This document shows positions 31,197-40,664 of a stretch of 64,000 nt of DNA, one piece after another; positions within the stretch are counted from its first letter, which is position 1, and each line of letters begins with the position of its first letter. This stretch comes from a bacterium (GTDB lineage Bacteria > JAHJDO01), in NCBI GenBank assembly GCA_043824255.1, contig JBDRTG010000029.1, positions 9,538 to 73,537 of the forward strand. The letters run 5' to 3'. The notes beneath the pieces were generated by a model that was given only the letters and a program-made list of their open reading frames with translations, was not told where the DNA came from and searched no databases. The translations under genes and the position numbers were made by a program.

Positions 31197-33410
31197 ATGA
31201 TTACTCCTGAAATATACAAATCTCTGGGTTTGACTGACAAAGAATATCAGAAGATGTTGAGCCTTTTAGAGAGAGAGCCTACAGTTACAGAGCTTGCAAT
31301 GTTTTCTGCAGAATGGTCAGAGCATTGCGGGTATGTAAGTTCTCGCAATCTGCTTAAAATTCTGCCTAAAACAGGAAAATACGAAACCCTGGTAGGTGAG
31401 GATTCCGGAGGGATCATTGTTGATGATCTTGCCATTATTTTTAAGATGGAAAGTCATAATCACCCTTCACAGGTTGAGCCAAAGCAAGGGTCTGCTACAG
31501 GAGTGGGAGGAATTATAAGAGATATATTTACTGCCGGCGCAAGACCTATTGCAAGTTTAAATTCTCTGAGATTTGGGTCTCTTTCAGAAGCGTATAACAG
31601 ATATCTTCTTCAGGGAGTAGTAGATGGCATACAGTTTTATGGAAACTGTTTAGGAGTACCTACAGTTGGCGGAGAAATATATTTTGATGAGAGCTATAAG
31701 GGGAATTGTATTGTTAATGCAATGAGTATTGGAATAGCAGATAAGAATAAACTGGCAAGAGCGTGCGCTTTTGGAGAAGGCAACTCTATTATGTATGTTG
31801 GAGCCAGCACAGGAAGAGATGGTATCGGAGGATGCAGTGTTCTTGCCTCTCATGAATTCAAAGAGGGAGATACAAAGAGACCAACTGTGCAAATCGGAGA
31901 TCCCTTTATGGAGAAATGCCTGATTGAGGCAACATTAGAGATTCTTTCTACAGGCTATGTTTTAGGAATTAAGGACATGGGCGCAGCAGGTCTTACATGC
32001 GCAGTCAGTGAAATGGCATCAGATGGAGAATCAGGAATTGATATGGAATTGTGCAATATTCCACTTAGCGAAAAGAATATGGAGCCATGGGAGATAATGG
32101 TGTCTGAGTCACAGGAAAGAATGCTTGTGTGCGTTAAAGCAGGAAAAGAAAAGGCAATTAAGGATATATTCTCTAATTGGGATTTAAATGCAGTAACTAT
32201 TGGCAAAGTTACAAAAGATAAGATGATTCGTATTCGTGATAATGACAAAATATTAGTTGAGGTAAAAGCTGATATATTAACAAAAGCTCCTATCTATGAC
32301 ATGTCATATAAAAAACCGGAGTATATGGAAAAAATAAATAATTTGGATATAGGTGCTGTTCCTGAACCAGAGGATTACAATATTGTTTTGCTTAATCTTC
32401 TTCAAAGCCCATCAATTGCGAGCAAAGAATGGGTATACGAACAGTATGATCACATGGTGCAGCTAAATACTGTTGTCTTACCCGGTTCAGACGCAGCTGT
32501 AATTAGATTAAAGGGAACTAATAAAGCTATTGCAGCTACAACTGACTGTAATAGTCGTTACTGTTACTTAAACCCTTATAGAGGAGCTCAAATTGCAGTT
32601 GCAGAGGCAGCAAGAAATCTAATTTGTTCCGGAGCTGAGCCGGCATCTGTCACTGATTGTCTTAATTTTGGGAATCCTAAAAAACCAGATAGATATTGGC
32701 AGTTTAAAAATTGTGTGCAGGGCGTTACGGATGCCTGTAAATTTTTTGATATTTCAGTAGCGAGCGGGAATGTATCATTCTATAATGAAAATTCAAAAGG
32801 AGCGATTTATCCTACTCCTGCAATTGGCATGATAGGTATTATAGATGATATAAATAAAGTCTGTACTCAATACTTCAAAAATGAGGACGAACTGATTGTC
32901 CTTCTTGGAATTTCACGGGAAGAATTAGGAGGAAGCGAGTACCTGAAACTAATTCATGGATTAGTTAGAGGGGATGCTCCTGAACTGGATCTAAGAATAG
33001 AAAGATCCGTTCAGCTTACAACACTTGAGGCAATCAGAGAAAAACTTGTCAGTTCTGCTCATGACCTCTCAGAAGGAGGGTTTGCAGTTTGTCTGGCAGA
33101 ATGTTGTATGTCAAATAAAGAGAGGATGATAGGAGCTGTTATAAATAATTTAAATTTTGATATTAGGACAGATGCCTTGCTGTTTGGAGAATCTCAGTCA
33201 AGAATTATACTCAGCTGCGAAGAGAAATCTCTCAATCGGATCAAAAAAATTGCCAAGAAGCACAAAACAAGTTTACAGATAATTGGCAGCACAGGTGGAA
33301 ACAGGTTTGTTATTTCAGATAATGGGAACAAGTTGATAGACGTATCACTAGAGAAATTACAAGATGTATGGTCTAATGCGTTGGAGAGATATATTGATAG
33401 CAATAATTGA
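31197..33410 (+). CDS. purL: FGAM synthase synthetase subunit
   Basis: WSEHC, ESHNHPS, DMGAAG, SESQERM, GNVSFYN. Confidence 0.97.
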   Translation: MITPEIYKSLGLTDKEYQKMLSLLEREPTVTELAMFSAEWSEHCGYVSSRNLLKILPKTGKYETLVGEDSGGIIVDDLAIIFKMESHNHPSQVEPKQGSATGVGGIIRDIFTAGARPIASLNSLRFGSLSEAYNRYLLQGVVDGIQFYGNCLGVPTVGGEIYFDESYKGNCIVNAMSIGIADKNKLARACAFGEGNSIMYVGASTGRDGIGGCSVLASHEFKEGDTKRPTVQIGDPFMEKCLIEATLEILSTGYVLGIKDMGAAGLTCAVSEMASDGESGIDMELCNIPLSEKNMEPWEIMVSESQERMLVCVKAGKEKAIKDIFSNWDLNAVTIGKVTKDKMIRIRDNDKILVEVKADILTKAPIYDMSYKKPEYMEKINNLDIGAVPEPEDYNIVLLNLLQSPSIASKEWVYEQYDHMVQLNTVVLPGSDAAVIRLKGTNKAIAATTDCNSRYCYLNPYRGAQIAVAEAARNLICSGAEPASVTDCLNFGNPKKPDRYWQFKNCVQGVTDACKFFDISVASGNVSFYNENSKGAIYPTPAIGMIGIIDDINKVCTQYFKNEDELIVLLGISREELGGSEYLKLIHGLVRGDAPELDLRIERSVQLTTLEAIREKLVSSAHDLSEGGFAVCLAECCMSNKERMIGAVINNLNFDIRTDALLFGESQSRIILSCEEKSLNRIKKIAKKHKTSLQIIGSTGGNRFVISDNGNKLIDVSLEKLQDVWSNALERYIDSNN

Positions 33411-34005
33411 TTACGGATTAGGCAATTTGAGAAGCGTAAGTAAGGCTGTAGAGAAGTTAGGCGCAGAAGCAGAAGTTACTGATAATCCAAAAAGAATAGA
33501 AAAAGCAGATGGTATAATACTTCCCGGCGTAGGCGCATTTCATGTCGGCATGCAAAATCTTGAGAGATTAAATCTTCTGCCTGTTCTTCATGAAGCAATA
33601 TCAAAAGAAACGCCTTTTCTGGGTATTTGCCTGGGATTTCAGATATTATTCAGTCAGAGTGAAGAGCATGGGATTTACAATGGTATGGACATAATCAAAG
33701 GGAAAGTAAAGAGATTTACTCATAAGTTAAAAATACCTCATATGGGCTGGAATCAGGTGGAATTCAAAATTCAAAATTCAAAATTCAAAATTTTTGACGG
33801 GGTTCCTAACGATTCCTATTTTTACTTTGTTCATTCATATTATGCTGAGCCTGAAGACCTGAATGTTATAATAGCTAAAACAGAATATGGACATGAATTT
33901 ACTTCGGTCGTAAATAAAGGCAATGTTTGGGGCGTACAGTTTCATCCTGAGAAAAGTGGAGATATAGGACTTAAAATTTTGATGAATTTCTTATCATTAT
34001 GTTAG
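33394..34005 (+). CDS. hisH: Imidazole glycerol phosphate synthase glutaminase subunit (start moved to TTG 33394)
   Basis: [31 protein letters not shown]. Confidence 0.96.
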   Translation: MIAIIDYGLGNLRSVSKAVEKLGAEAEVTDNPKRIEKADGIILPGVGAFHVGMQNLERLNLLPVLHEAISKETPFLGICLGFQILFSQSEEHGIYNGMDIIKGKVKRFTHKLKIPHMGWNQVEFKIQNSKFKIFDGVPNDSYFYFVHSYYAEPEDLNVIIAKTEYGHEFTSVVNKGNVWGVQFHPEKSGDIGLKILMNFLSLC

Positions 34006-34781
34006 CAAAAAGAATAATTCCATGCTTGGATGTAAAAGACGGAAGGGTTGTTAAGGGAATAAATTTTCTAAATCTTGTGGATGCCGGAGATCCTGTAGAG
34101 ATAGCCTCAAATTATTCTATGGAAAATGCTGATGAGATAGTTTTTTTGGACATTACCGCAAGTGTTGAAAAGCGTAGTATAATCTTGGATGTAGTAAAAA
34201 AAACAGCTGAAAAGGTTTTTATCCCTCTCACGGTTGGAGGAGGGATCAGAAGCATAGAAGATATAAGACTGCTGCTTAAATCCGGAGCGGATAAGGTCTC
34301 ACTGAATACAGCAGCTGTAGAGAATAAAGAGTTGATCAGGGAAGCATCTGAACAGTTCGGCAGTCAGTGCATTGTTGTGGCAATAGATGCCAAGAGAAAA
34401 ATCCGAAATCCGAAATCCGAAATCCAAAATTTAAAGTGGGAGGTTTATACTTACGGCGGGAGAAAACCTGCGGGACTGGATGTAATACAATGGGCAGAAG
34501 AAGTTAGGGAACTAGGCGCAGGGGAGATTCTGCTTACCAGCATGGATTCTGATGGCACAAAGGATGGGTATGATTTAGAATTAACAAAAATAGTTTCAGA
34601 AACGGTAAATATTCCTGTAATCGCATCTGGCGGAGCAGGTACTCTTTACCACATCTATCAAGTCCTATCAAAAGGCAAGGCTGACGCTGTTCTAGCAGCA
34701 TCTATTTTTCATTATGGTGAATACTCAATTAAAGAGACAAAAAAATATCTAAAGGAAAGAGGGATAGCGGTTCGGATATAA
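33999..34781 (+). CDS. hisF: Imidazole glycerol phosphate synthase cyclase subunit
   Basis: [33 protein letters not shown]. Confidence 0.97.
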   Translation: MLAKRIIPCLDVKDGRVVKGINFLNLVDAGDPVEIASNYSMENADEIVFLDITASVEKRSIILDVVKKTAEKVFIPLTVGGGIRSIEDIRLLLKSGADKVSLNTAAVENKELIREASEQFGSQCIVVAIDAKRKIRNPKSEIQNLKWEVYTYGGRKPAGLDVIQWAEEVRELGAGEILLTSMDSDGTKDGYDLELTKIVSETVNIPVIASGGAGTLYHIYQVLSKGKADAVLAASIFHYGEYSIKETKKYLKERGIAVRI

Positions 34782-34790
34782 AGGAACATT

Positions 34791-36617
34791 ATGTGCGGAA
34801 TTATAGGATATATAGGCTTTCGTCAAGCAGTGCCTGTAGTGCTTGAAGGTTTAAAGAAACTGGAGTATCGTGGTTATGATTCATCGGGTATTGCTGTTTT
34901 AGAGGATGGTGCTCTAAAAAGATTTCGGGCAGAAGGAAAGATTCGCAAGTTAGAAGAAAAGATTGGCAAAGAGAATTTATCAGGGAATATAGCATTAGGT
35001 CATACCAGATGGGCAACTCATGGAAGGCCCTCTGAAGAGAATGCTCATCCGCACACTGATTGCAGTGAACGTCTGGTAGTAGTTCATAATGGAATCATAG
35101 AAAACTATCTTGGGCTTAAAACGCAGCTAATCTCAGAAGGACACAGGTTTGAATCTGAAACTGATACAGAGGTAATAGCTCACTTAATAGAAGACAACAT
35201 AAACAAGGGACTACTTGCAGCGCTGAGAACGGCCTTAGGAGAAATAAAAGGTTCTTATGCATTGGCTGTAATTAGCGAAGACGAGCCTGATAAAATAGTA
35301 GTTGCCCGTTCTAAGAGCCCTTTGATCATTGGGCTGGGAAGTGATGAAAACTTTGTAGGCTCAGATGTTCCTGCCTTTTTGAATTATTCAAGACAAGTAG
35401 TATATTTGGAGGACGGAGAAGTAGGGGTGCTGACAAAAGATAAAGTAAAGGTTTATAAAGGAGAAGTTGAGAGAAAATTTAGAAGCGTATCGATAAAGTG
35501 GGATAGCACTATGGCAGAAAAGGTAGGGTTTGATCACTTTATGTTAAAAGAAATATGTGAACAGCCTCGAGCAATAGAGGAAACAATAAGAGGAAGAGCA
35601 GAAATAGATACAGGAAGAATATATTTAGAAGAATTTAAACAAAAAGATGTTTTAATTGAAAAATTAGAAAGACTTGTCATTACTGCTTGCGGTACTTCAT
35701 GGCATGCTGGCCTGGTAGGTAAATATTTAATTGAGGATATAGCACGTATTCCGGTTGAGGTTGATTATGCAGCTGAATTCAGATATCGAAACCCGATTAT
35801 TGATCATGGGACAGTATTATTAGCTCTTAGTCAATCAGGTGAAACAGCAGATACTCTGGCAGCTGTAGAAGAGACACGAAAGAGCAGGTGTCCTGTAGTT
35901 TCCATTTGCAATGTTGTTGGAAGCTCTCTTCCCAGAGAGTCTGATGTGGTTTTGTATACTCATGCCGGCCCGGAAATAGGAGTTGCCTCTACTAAGGCTT
36001 TTACCACACAATTAGTAATGCTCTATTTATTGGCCATTAATATTGCGCAAACAAAGGGATTTCTGAAACAGGCTCAGAGCATAGAACTAGTTCAGAATCT
36101 AAGACTCTTAGTCAAAAAAGCGGACGAATTGATTGATAAAAAAGAAGAAATACAAAGAATTGCCCGTAAGTATTATCAGAATCAGAATTTCCTATATTTG
36201 GGACGCGGCAAGGGCTTTCCAGTTGCGCTTGAAGGCGCACTTAAATTAAAGGAAGTTTCGTATATCCATGCCGAAGGTTATCCTGCAGCTGAGATGAAAC
36301 ATGGACCTATAGCGCTAATAGACAAGAATATGCCGGTGGTAGTTTTAGCTCTCAAGGGGCGCCGTTATGAAAAAATGCTTGGCAATGTTGAGGAGATAAA
36401 GTCAAGAGGTGGGAAGGTTGTTGCATTAACAGACGAAGAATCTCCAGAAATTAAGAAAATGGCAGATGACTTGATAGTAATACCTCATACTTCTATCCCA
36501 CTGTCGCCTATTTTAGCTGTTATTCCGCTTCAATTATTGGCATATTATATAGCAGTATTAAAAGGCTGCGATGTTGATCAACCCCGTAATTTAGCTAAAA
36601 GTGTAACAGTCGAGTAA
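34791..36617 (+). CDS. glmS: Glutamine--fructose-6-phosphate aminotransferase
   Basis: MCGIIG, LEYRGYDS, GHTRWATHG, DQPRNLAKSVTVE. Confidence 0.98.
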   Translation: MCGIIGYIGFRQAVPVVLEGLKKLEYRGYDSSGIAVLEDGALKRFRAEGKIRKLEEKIGKENLSGNIALGHTRWATHGRPSEENAHPHTDCSERLVVVHNGIIENYLGLKTQLISEGHRFESETDTEVIAHLIEDNINKGLLAALRTALGEIKGSYALAVISEDEPDKIVVARSKSPLIIGLGSDENFVGSDVPAFLNYSRQVVYLEDGEVGVLTKDKVKVYKGEVERKFRSVSIKWDSTMAEKVGFDHFMLKEICEQPRAIEETIRGRAEIDTGRIYLEEFKQKDVLIEKLERLVITACGTSWHAGLVGKYLIEDIARIPVEVDYAAEFRYRNPIIDHGTVLLALSQSGETADTLAAVEETRKSRCPVVSICNVVGSSLPRESDVVLYTHAGPEIGVASTKAFTTQLVMLYLLAINIAQTKGFLKQAQSIELVQNLRLLVKKADELIDKKEEIQRIARKYYQNQNFLYLGRGKGFPVALEGALKLKEVSYIHAEGYPAAEMKHGPIALIDKNMPVVVLALKGRRYEKMLGNVEEIKSRGGKVVALTDEESPEIKKMADDLIVIPHTSIPLSPILAVIPLQLLAYYIAVLKGCDVDQPRNLAKSVTVE

Positions 36618-36727
36618 GAGAGAAGTTGAGAGAGCTTGTCTGACTTTCTCTACAAGGGGTAACCGTAACATAGCTGCTATTTCACCCAATAAAACTTCCG
36701 TTTTTATAAATGGAACTGGAATAATGC

Positions 36728-36875
36728 TCACTGAACCGGAAAACTCTTCATCACACTCCAATATTCCTTTTCTATGTCTGCTAGACTTAAATCTTGATAA
36801 ATGCTTAAACTCTCCCGATTTTTATGGCCGCTGATAAGTTGAATTTTTGCATCAACAATACCTTTGCTTGTCACC
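36728..36875 (-). pseudogene. 3' fragment of a tyrosine recombinase
   Basis: KGIVDAKIQLISGHKNRESLSIY: box II GH and Tyr nucleophile; junction position approximate. Confidence 0.7.
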
Positions 36876-37199
36876 TTCGTTGCACGGTCTGAATCCTGTA
36901 AAACTCCTGATAGAAGCCAGATGAATATCCCAAAGACTGCTTTTCCATCGGGATCTTTCATATTCAAGATGGTCCACATTCAGTTGTTGACTCAGCCGTG
37001 ATACAATTGTGTCAGGCACATCCTCCTTTCTGCGAGGCGGAAATCCAAGAAATAAGAATGTTTTTAATAGCACGGTAAACCCGAGAATGTTCTTCCCTTT
37101 CCGCCACTGCGGTAAAAAGTATCGTTCATTTTGGGTTAAGGTAAAATGGTCAATGAGGTCTTCCTTGCTAATATGCGGGTTTATGTATGGATAATCCAT
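36875..37199 (-). pseudogene. 5' fragment of a Tn3-family transposase (DUF4158-like)
   Basis: DLIDHFTL, N.LGF.VLLKTFLFLGFPP, H...IRSFTGFRP; similar in outline to the N-terminus of the TnpA at 5228. Confidence 0.78.
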
Positions 37200-37475
37200 T
37201 TGCCGTTCCTTTCAAACTTCCGAGATTCTAAAGAACCGGAAGTTTTTGGGGTATTTACTATCATAATCCCCCTTATTTTACGGCAAATCGGAACATTATT
37301 CCAGTTCCATTTATAAAAACGGAAGTTTTATTGGGTGAAATAGCAGCTATGTTACGGTTACCCCTATAATATCACTTAACGTCCATAAATTTCAAGAAGA
37401 AATTTTTTAGTTAATAAAACGGACGTTTTCTTTACTGCTTGTTATTCCTTTTGAAGTATATTCAAATATCTAATG

Positions 37476-37497
37476 GGGGTTCTAGACATAGAACCCC
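37476..37497. repeat. Perfect hairpin (terminator or REP-like)
   Basis: GGGGTTCTA-GACA-TAGAACCCC downstream of the toxin gene; no U-tract. Confidence 0.5.
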
Positions 37498-37557
37498 TGT
37501 ATTCCATAACACGTGCTCCTTAACAAAACAATGTTAAATGTCAAATCAATGCCAAGA

Positions 37558-38349
37558 TTATGACAATACATCGCGCAGTTTTTTAAATCTCTCAAATATG
37601 TCCTGTCTTAAATCATCAATGTATTCATCTGGGCCGTTTTCCTTCTCAACCATAAGACACCCTTGACTGGAAATCCTTTCAAAATATTTATTGAGGTCTT
37701 TAGAAATGTCTCTAAAATATCCCTCTTTATGATATTGCGCTATTTCTTTCATGATCCCATCTATATCCGGAGCGAATCTTAAGATGAAATACATGTAATG
37801 CAGATCTTTTGCTTGCTTCTGCTCATTTTCTCTGTCAATAAAAGTTACACCTTTGTGATAGAGAAAAGCTGATGGTTTAGGACAATAAATTTCATAGACC
37901 TTTGCATGCTTTTGATTTGTTACTCTAATAGGTATTTTGTGCTTTAGAAGAAAATCAAACTTATCGATTTTATTAATGCTAATCTGCCTACCAACGAATT
38001 TTTCTATAATATTGTGCGCAATATCCGGAGAGGTAATAAAATCAATCGGGACTTTTCCCTCTTTATAGAATACAACCGGATAGATTCTATCCATTCTAGG
38101 ATGACGTTCTTTATAGTTTAAATGAGAAAGTGTGTCAAAAATGGTCTTTGGATAAACCTTAGTTGTCTCTTCTCCAAAACCAAAATCGATATCAACGGTA
38201 GTAACCGGCTTTACTGCGAGATTGTTCCATAGAAACCGTAAGTAAATATATGGCATCCAGCCGCCAACAAGTGTAAGATCGCAAAGGTAATCTTTTAGAT
38301 CCTCCAGTACGTTAAAAAATATGGATTCAGTCCTATCAAAGTCAGTCAA
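37558..38349 (-). CDS. Nucleotidyltransferase-fold protein, AbiEii-like toxin
   Basis: LVGG, T.DID, K, KD..Y motifs; coupled to an upstream AbiEi-like gene. Confidence 0.75.
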   Translation of the reverse strand: MTDFDRTESIFFNVLEDLKDYLCDLTLVGGWMPYIYLRFLWNNLAVKPVTTVDIDFGFGEETTKVYPKTIFDTLSHLNYKERHPRMDRIYPVVFYKEGKVPIDFITSPDIAHNIIEKFVGRQISINKIDKFDFLLKHKIPIRVTNQKHAKVYEIYCPKPSAFLYHKGVTFIDRENEQKQAKDLHYMYFILRFAPDIDGIMKEIAQYHKEGYFRDISKDLNKYFERISSQGCLMVEKENGPDEYIDDLRQDIFERFKKLRDVLS

Positions 38350-39032
38350 GACTGTTTCCTCTTTCTTCCAGCAGTTTTTTAAGATATTCGGCGTGTTCTC
38401 TGCCGCGAGGTTGAAAATTATATAGGTCCAGATAAAGTTGAAGATTAGAAATAACCCGATAACCTTTTATCTTCTGAATATTTGAAAATATGCTTTTTTT
38501 GTAATAGGGGCGGATTATATGAAAGTTTCCCCCTTTTACAAGTTCTTTTAGATCTAATCTTTGTCTCATTTCCAAAATATCTTTATCCCAATCCTGAAAG
38601 CTGACATATAAATATACATGGTCTGTTCTTACGAAAGAAGTTGTTAAATTTGCGCCTGTGTGAAGCGTAAGCGCATATTGGCTGTCGCTGAGATAAGCTT
38701 TTAGCTTCTTTAAAATACTCTTATCTGAAGTGTAATAGGTATCGATTTCATTTAATTCAAACCGATATCCTTTTAGCCAATCAGCTATTAGCTTTTCCTT
38801 ATTAGTAAGAAATGTATAACTATGCGGACCCTTCTTTAGTCTCTCTGCATATCCTTGTTTGGCCATTGCTTCAAGCACACCCTGAGCCATACCTATACTT
38901 ACTCCCTCGGGATCTGTGAAATCACGGGTTACCCATTTCTTGTCAGGTTGATGAATCATTTTTCTCAAGATTAAAGTGGCTTTATCAGCAAAGATATTCT
39001 TCAATTTGTTATTGCCTTTCATAAAGTTCATT
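38342..39032 (-). CDS. AbiEi-like type IV antitoxin / wHTH regulator (start 39032 or 39023)
   Basis: N-terminal wHTH, YALT..GA, S.LQLYLDL....RGREHAE. Confidence 0.78.
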
Positions 39033-39040
39033 CCTTTTGC

Positions 39041-39090
39041 AATGTTCACTAATTAATGAACATTATGTAATAAGTGAACATCATTGTCAA
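39041..39090 (-). promoter_or_regulatory. TA operon promoter with palindromic operator
   Basis: Minus-strand TTGACA (39090-85), 17 bp spacer, CATAAT (39067-62); AATGTTCA-N8-TGAACATT at 39041-39064 plus an extra TGAACAT half-site at 39075. Confidence 0.7.
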
Positions 39091-39221
39091 GAAAAATATA
39101 ATACATTCTAATTTAAAATATAAAAAATCTTATGTGTAGTTACAAAAGCGGCTTTTTCGTAGAAAAAACAGGGGAAGGCGTTAGAAATATACGAGTTTAG
39201 TGTCAATAACTTCCCGTAATG

Positions 39222-39352
39222 TATAGGATTTCCCAGAATACAAAAGTAGCTTAAAGTAGGGGAAATAAGAAAAATTTGAGATGAGTCAGGAAAAATCTAT
39301 TTAAAAATATTATCAAGCAAACCCAGTATAATACACATATGATGTATTCCTT
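39222..39352 (-). repeat. About 130 bp dispersed repeat, copy 2 (inverted)
   Basis: Matches 11342-11473. Confidence 0.85.
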
Positions 39353-39539
39353 TCCGCCATAATGCTCTCCTCTTAAAGCAGGTATTATAAAGCGAATATT
39401 TCCATCTCTTCTTCCAAGGGGTGGGTCACCATGTACCTGTTCATTTCCAATGTTTCAAAGCCTCCGCATTGACAAGAAGGAGCATTATAATATATACTTT
39501 GTTTTCGTGAATACATGCGTGGAAAGGAGGTAAAAAGAA

Positions 39540-40190
39540 ATGAGATCTTTATTTAGAGTTGGTTTAATCGCAGTGTTGACTGGTGTATGTTTTAGCTTAG
39601 TGTATGCAGGTGGACTTCCAAAGAAGACATCTCAACCGCAGAAAAAAACAGAGGTAAAACAAGTTTCTGAAGGTGTAACGACAGGTGTTTTGGCTACCGC
39701 AGCAACAATAAAAGAAGCCACGATATGGATGGGAGCTGAAAGTGTTTGGTCTCTTAGAAACAAAATGCCAAGAACCAAAATTTACGCAAGAGTTGAGCCT
39801 TCTGATGATAGATATTACCTTGTTGGAATTAGTAAAATAGATCTAAAGGCATCAAATCCATATGAACGCAAAGATAGAAGAAATGTTCAATATGCCGAAT
39901 ATGACGCGCAAATTGCATCCAAATACCTAAATAACAGTCTGACACTTAGGGGCGGCATTATAAATTCGGGGGTAGGACTGGGCGTAGACTATACGCTGCC
40001 TGATGAAAAAACCAGCATCACAGTTGAAGGACATAGCGCTGTTTATAGTTCTCCGTTCTTTCTCAGAACAAACCTGAGTTATAAGATATGGGAAGATAAG
40101 GACTACTATATAATTGCCGGTGCAGAGGATATGCTGGATAAGCTTTCGCTCATAGCAGGCATAAAAATAGAATACGGTCTAGCAAGATAA
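39540..40190 (+). CDS. Exported hypothetical protein, probable beta-barrel
   Basis: Signal peptide; amphipathic strands (LRGGIINSGVGLGVDY, AGIKIEY); RBS AAGGAGG. Confidence 0.65.
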   Translation: MRSLFRVGLIAVLTGVCFSLVYAGGLPKKTSQPQKKTEVKQVSEGVTTGVLATAATIKEATIWMGAESVWSLRNKMPRTKIYARVEPSDDRYYLVGISKIDLKASNPYERKDRRNVQYAEYDAQIASKYLNNSLTLRGGIINSGVGLGVDYTLPDEKTSITVEGHSAVYSSPFFLRTNLSYKIWEDKDYYIIAGAEDMLDKLSLIAGIKIEYGLAR

Positions 40191-40218
40191 GTTCTGTGTT
40201 GTTTCATATGAAACAACA

Positions 40219-40256
40219 ATGCCATAGCGCAGGAAATATCTTCTATGCTATGGCAT
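40219..40256 (+). terminator. Stem-loop after the exported protein gene
   Basis: ATGCCATAGC...GCTATGGCAT. Confidence 0.45.
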
Positions 40257-40265
40257 ATATATAAT

Positions 40266-40407
40266 CTAGCTTTTTACAGCTTGCTTTTGTGCCGTGTACC
40301 CCTATGAAGGATTTTCCCTAAATGTTTAATTTTACCCATTATTCCAGTTCCATTTATAAAAACGGAAGTTTTATTGGGTAAAATCGCAGCTATGTTACGG
40401 TTACCCC
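40266..40407 (-). repeat. Three abutting transposon ends: type A-like (40266-40302), type C (40302-40337), type B (40337-40407)
   Basis: Each matches an IR elsewhere in the window; the type B copy differs at 2 of 71 positions. Confidence 0.8.
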
Positions 40408-40436
40408 GAATAGGACAATAAGCGCTTTTTTGAGAA

Positions 40437-40652
40437 TCACGTCTTAGCTAATACATAGGCAGTAAAGAATAAAAAAAAGCTCACAAGAATCAGGCATATG
40501 CCTATTCCCACACGCAGCTTAATTACAGTTTTATCTACTGAAAAAATACGATTGAAAAAGGTAGATAAGCTTAAAAGAACAAAGGGCAGAAAGAACAAAA
40601 GAATGGAAAAAACTAAGCATAAAACACCTATTTCTATCAAAATTATGTTCAT
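40437..40652 (-). CDS. Small 2-TM membrane protein
   Basis: Hydrophobic; resembles 47179-47409. Confidence 0.6.
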   Translation of the reverse strand: MNIILIEIGVLCLVFSILLFFLPFVLLSLSTFFNRIFSVDKTVIKLRVGIGICLILVSFFLFFTAYVLAKT

Positions 40653-40664
40653 CTATTATCTCAT

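Larger units (their letters stand above)
36656..37364 (-). mobile_element. Non-autonomous, internally deleted Tn3-family element (709 bp, type B IRs)
   Basis: Perfect 71 bp IRs at 36656-36726 and 37294-37364 starting GGGGTAACCG; flanks TACAA and TATAA (4/5 match, probable TSD); contains a tnpA 5' fragment joined to a tyrosine recombinase 3' fragment. Confidence 0.9.

Noticed and set aside
36618..36660. Tn7-like element at attTn7 after glmS (TGT at 36637)
   Set aside because: No tns genes, no repeated TnsB sites and no matching ACA end with a 5 bp duplication were found; the visible ends are Tn3-like.
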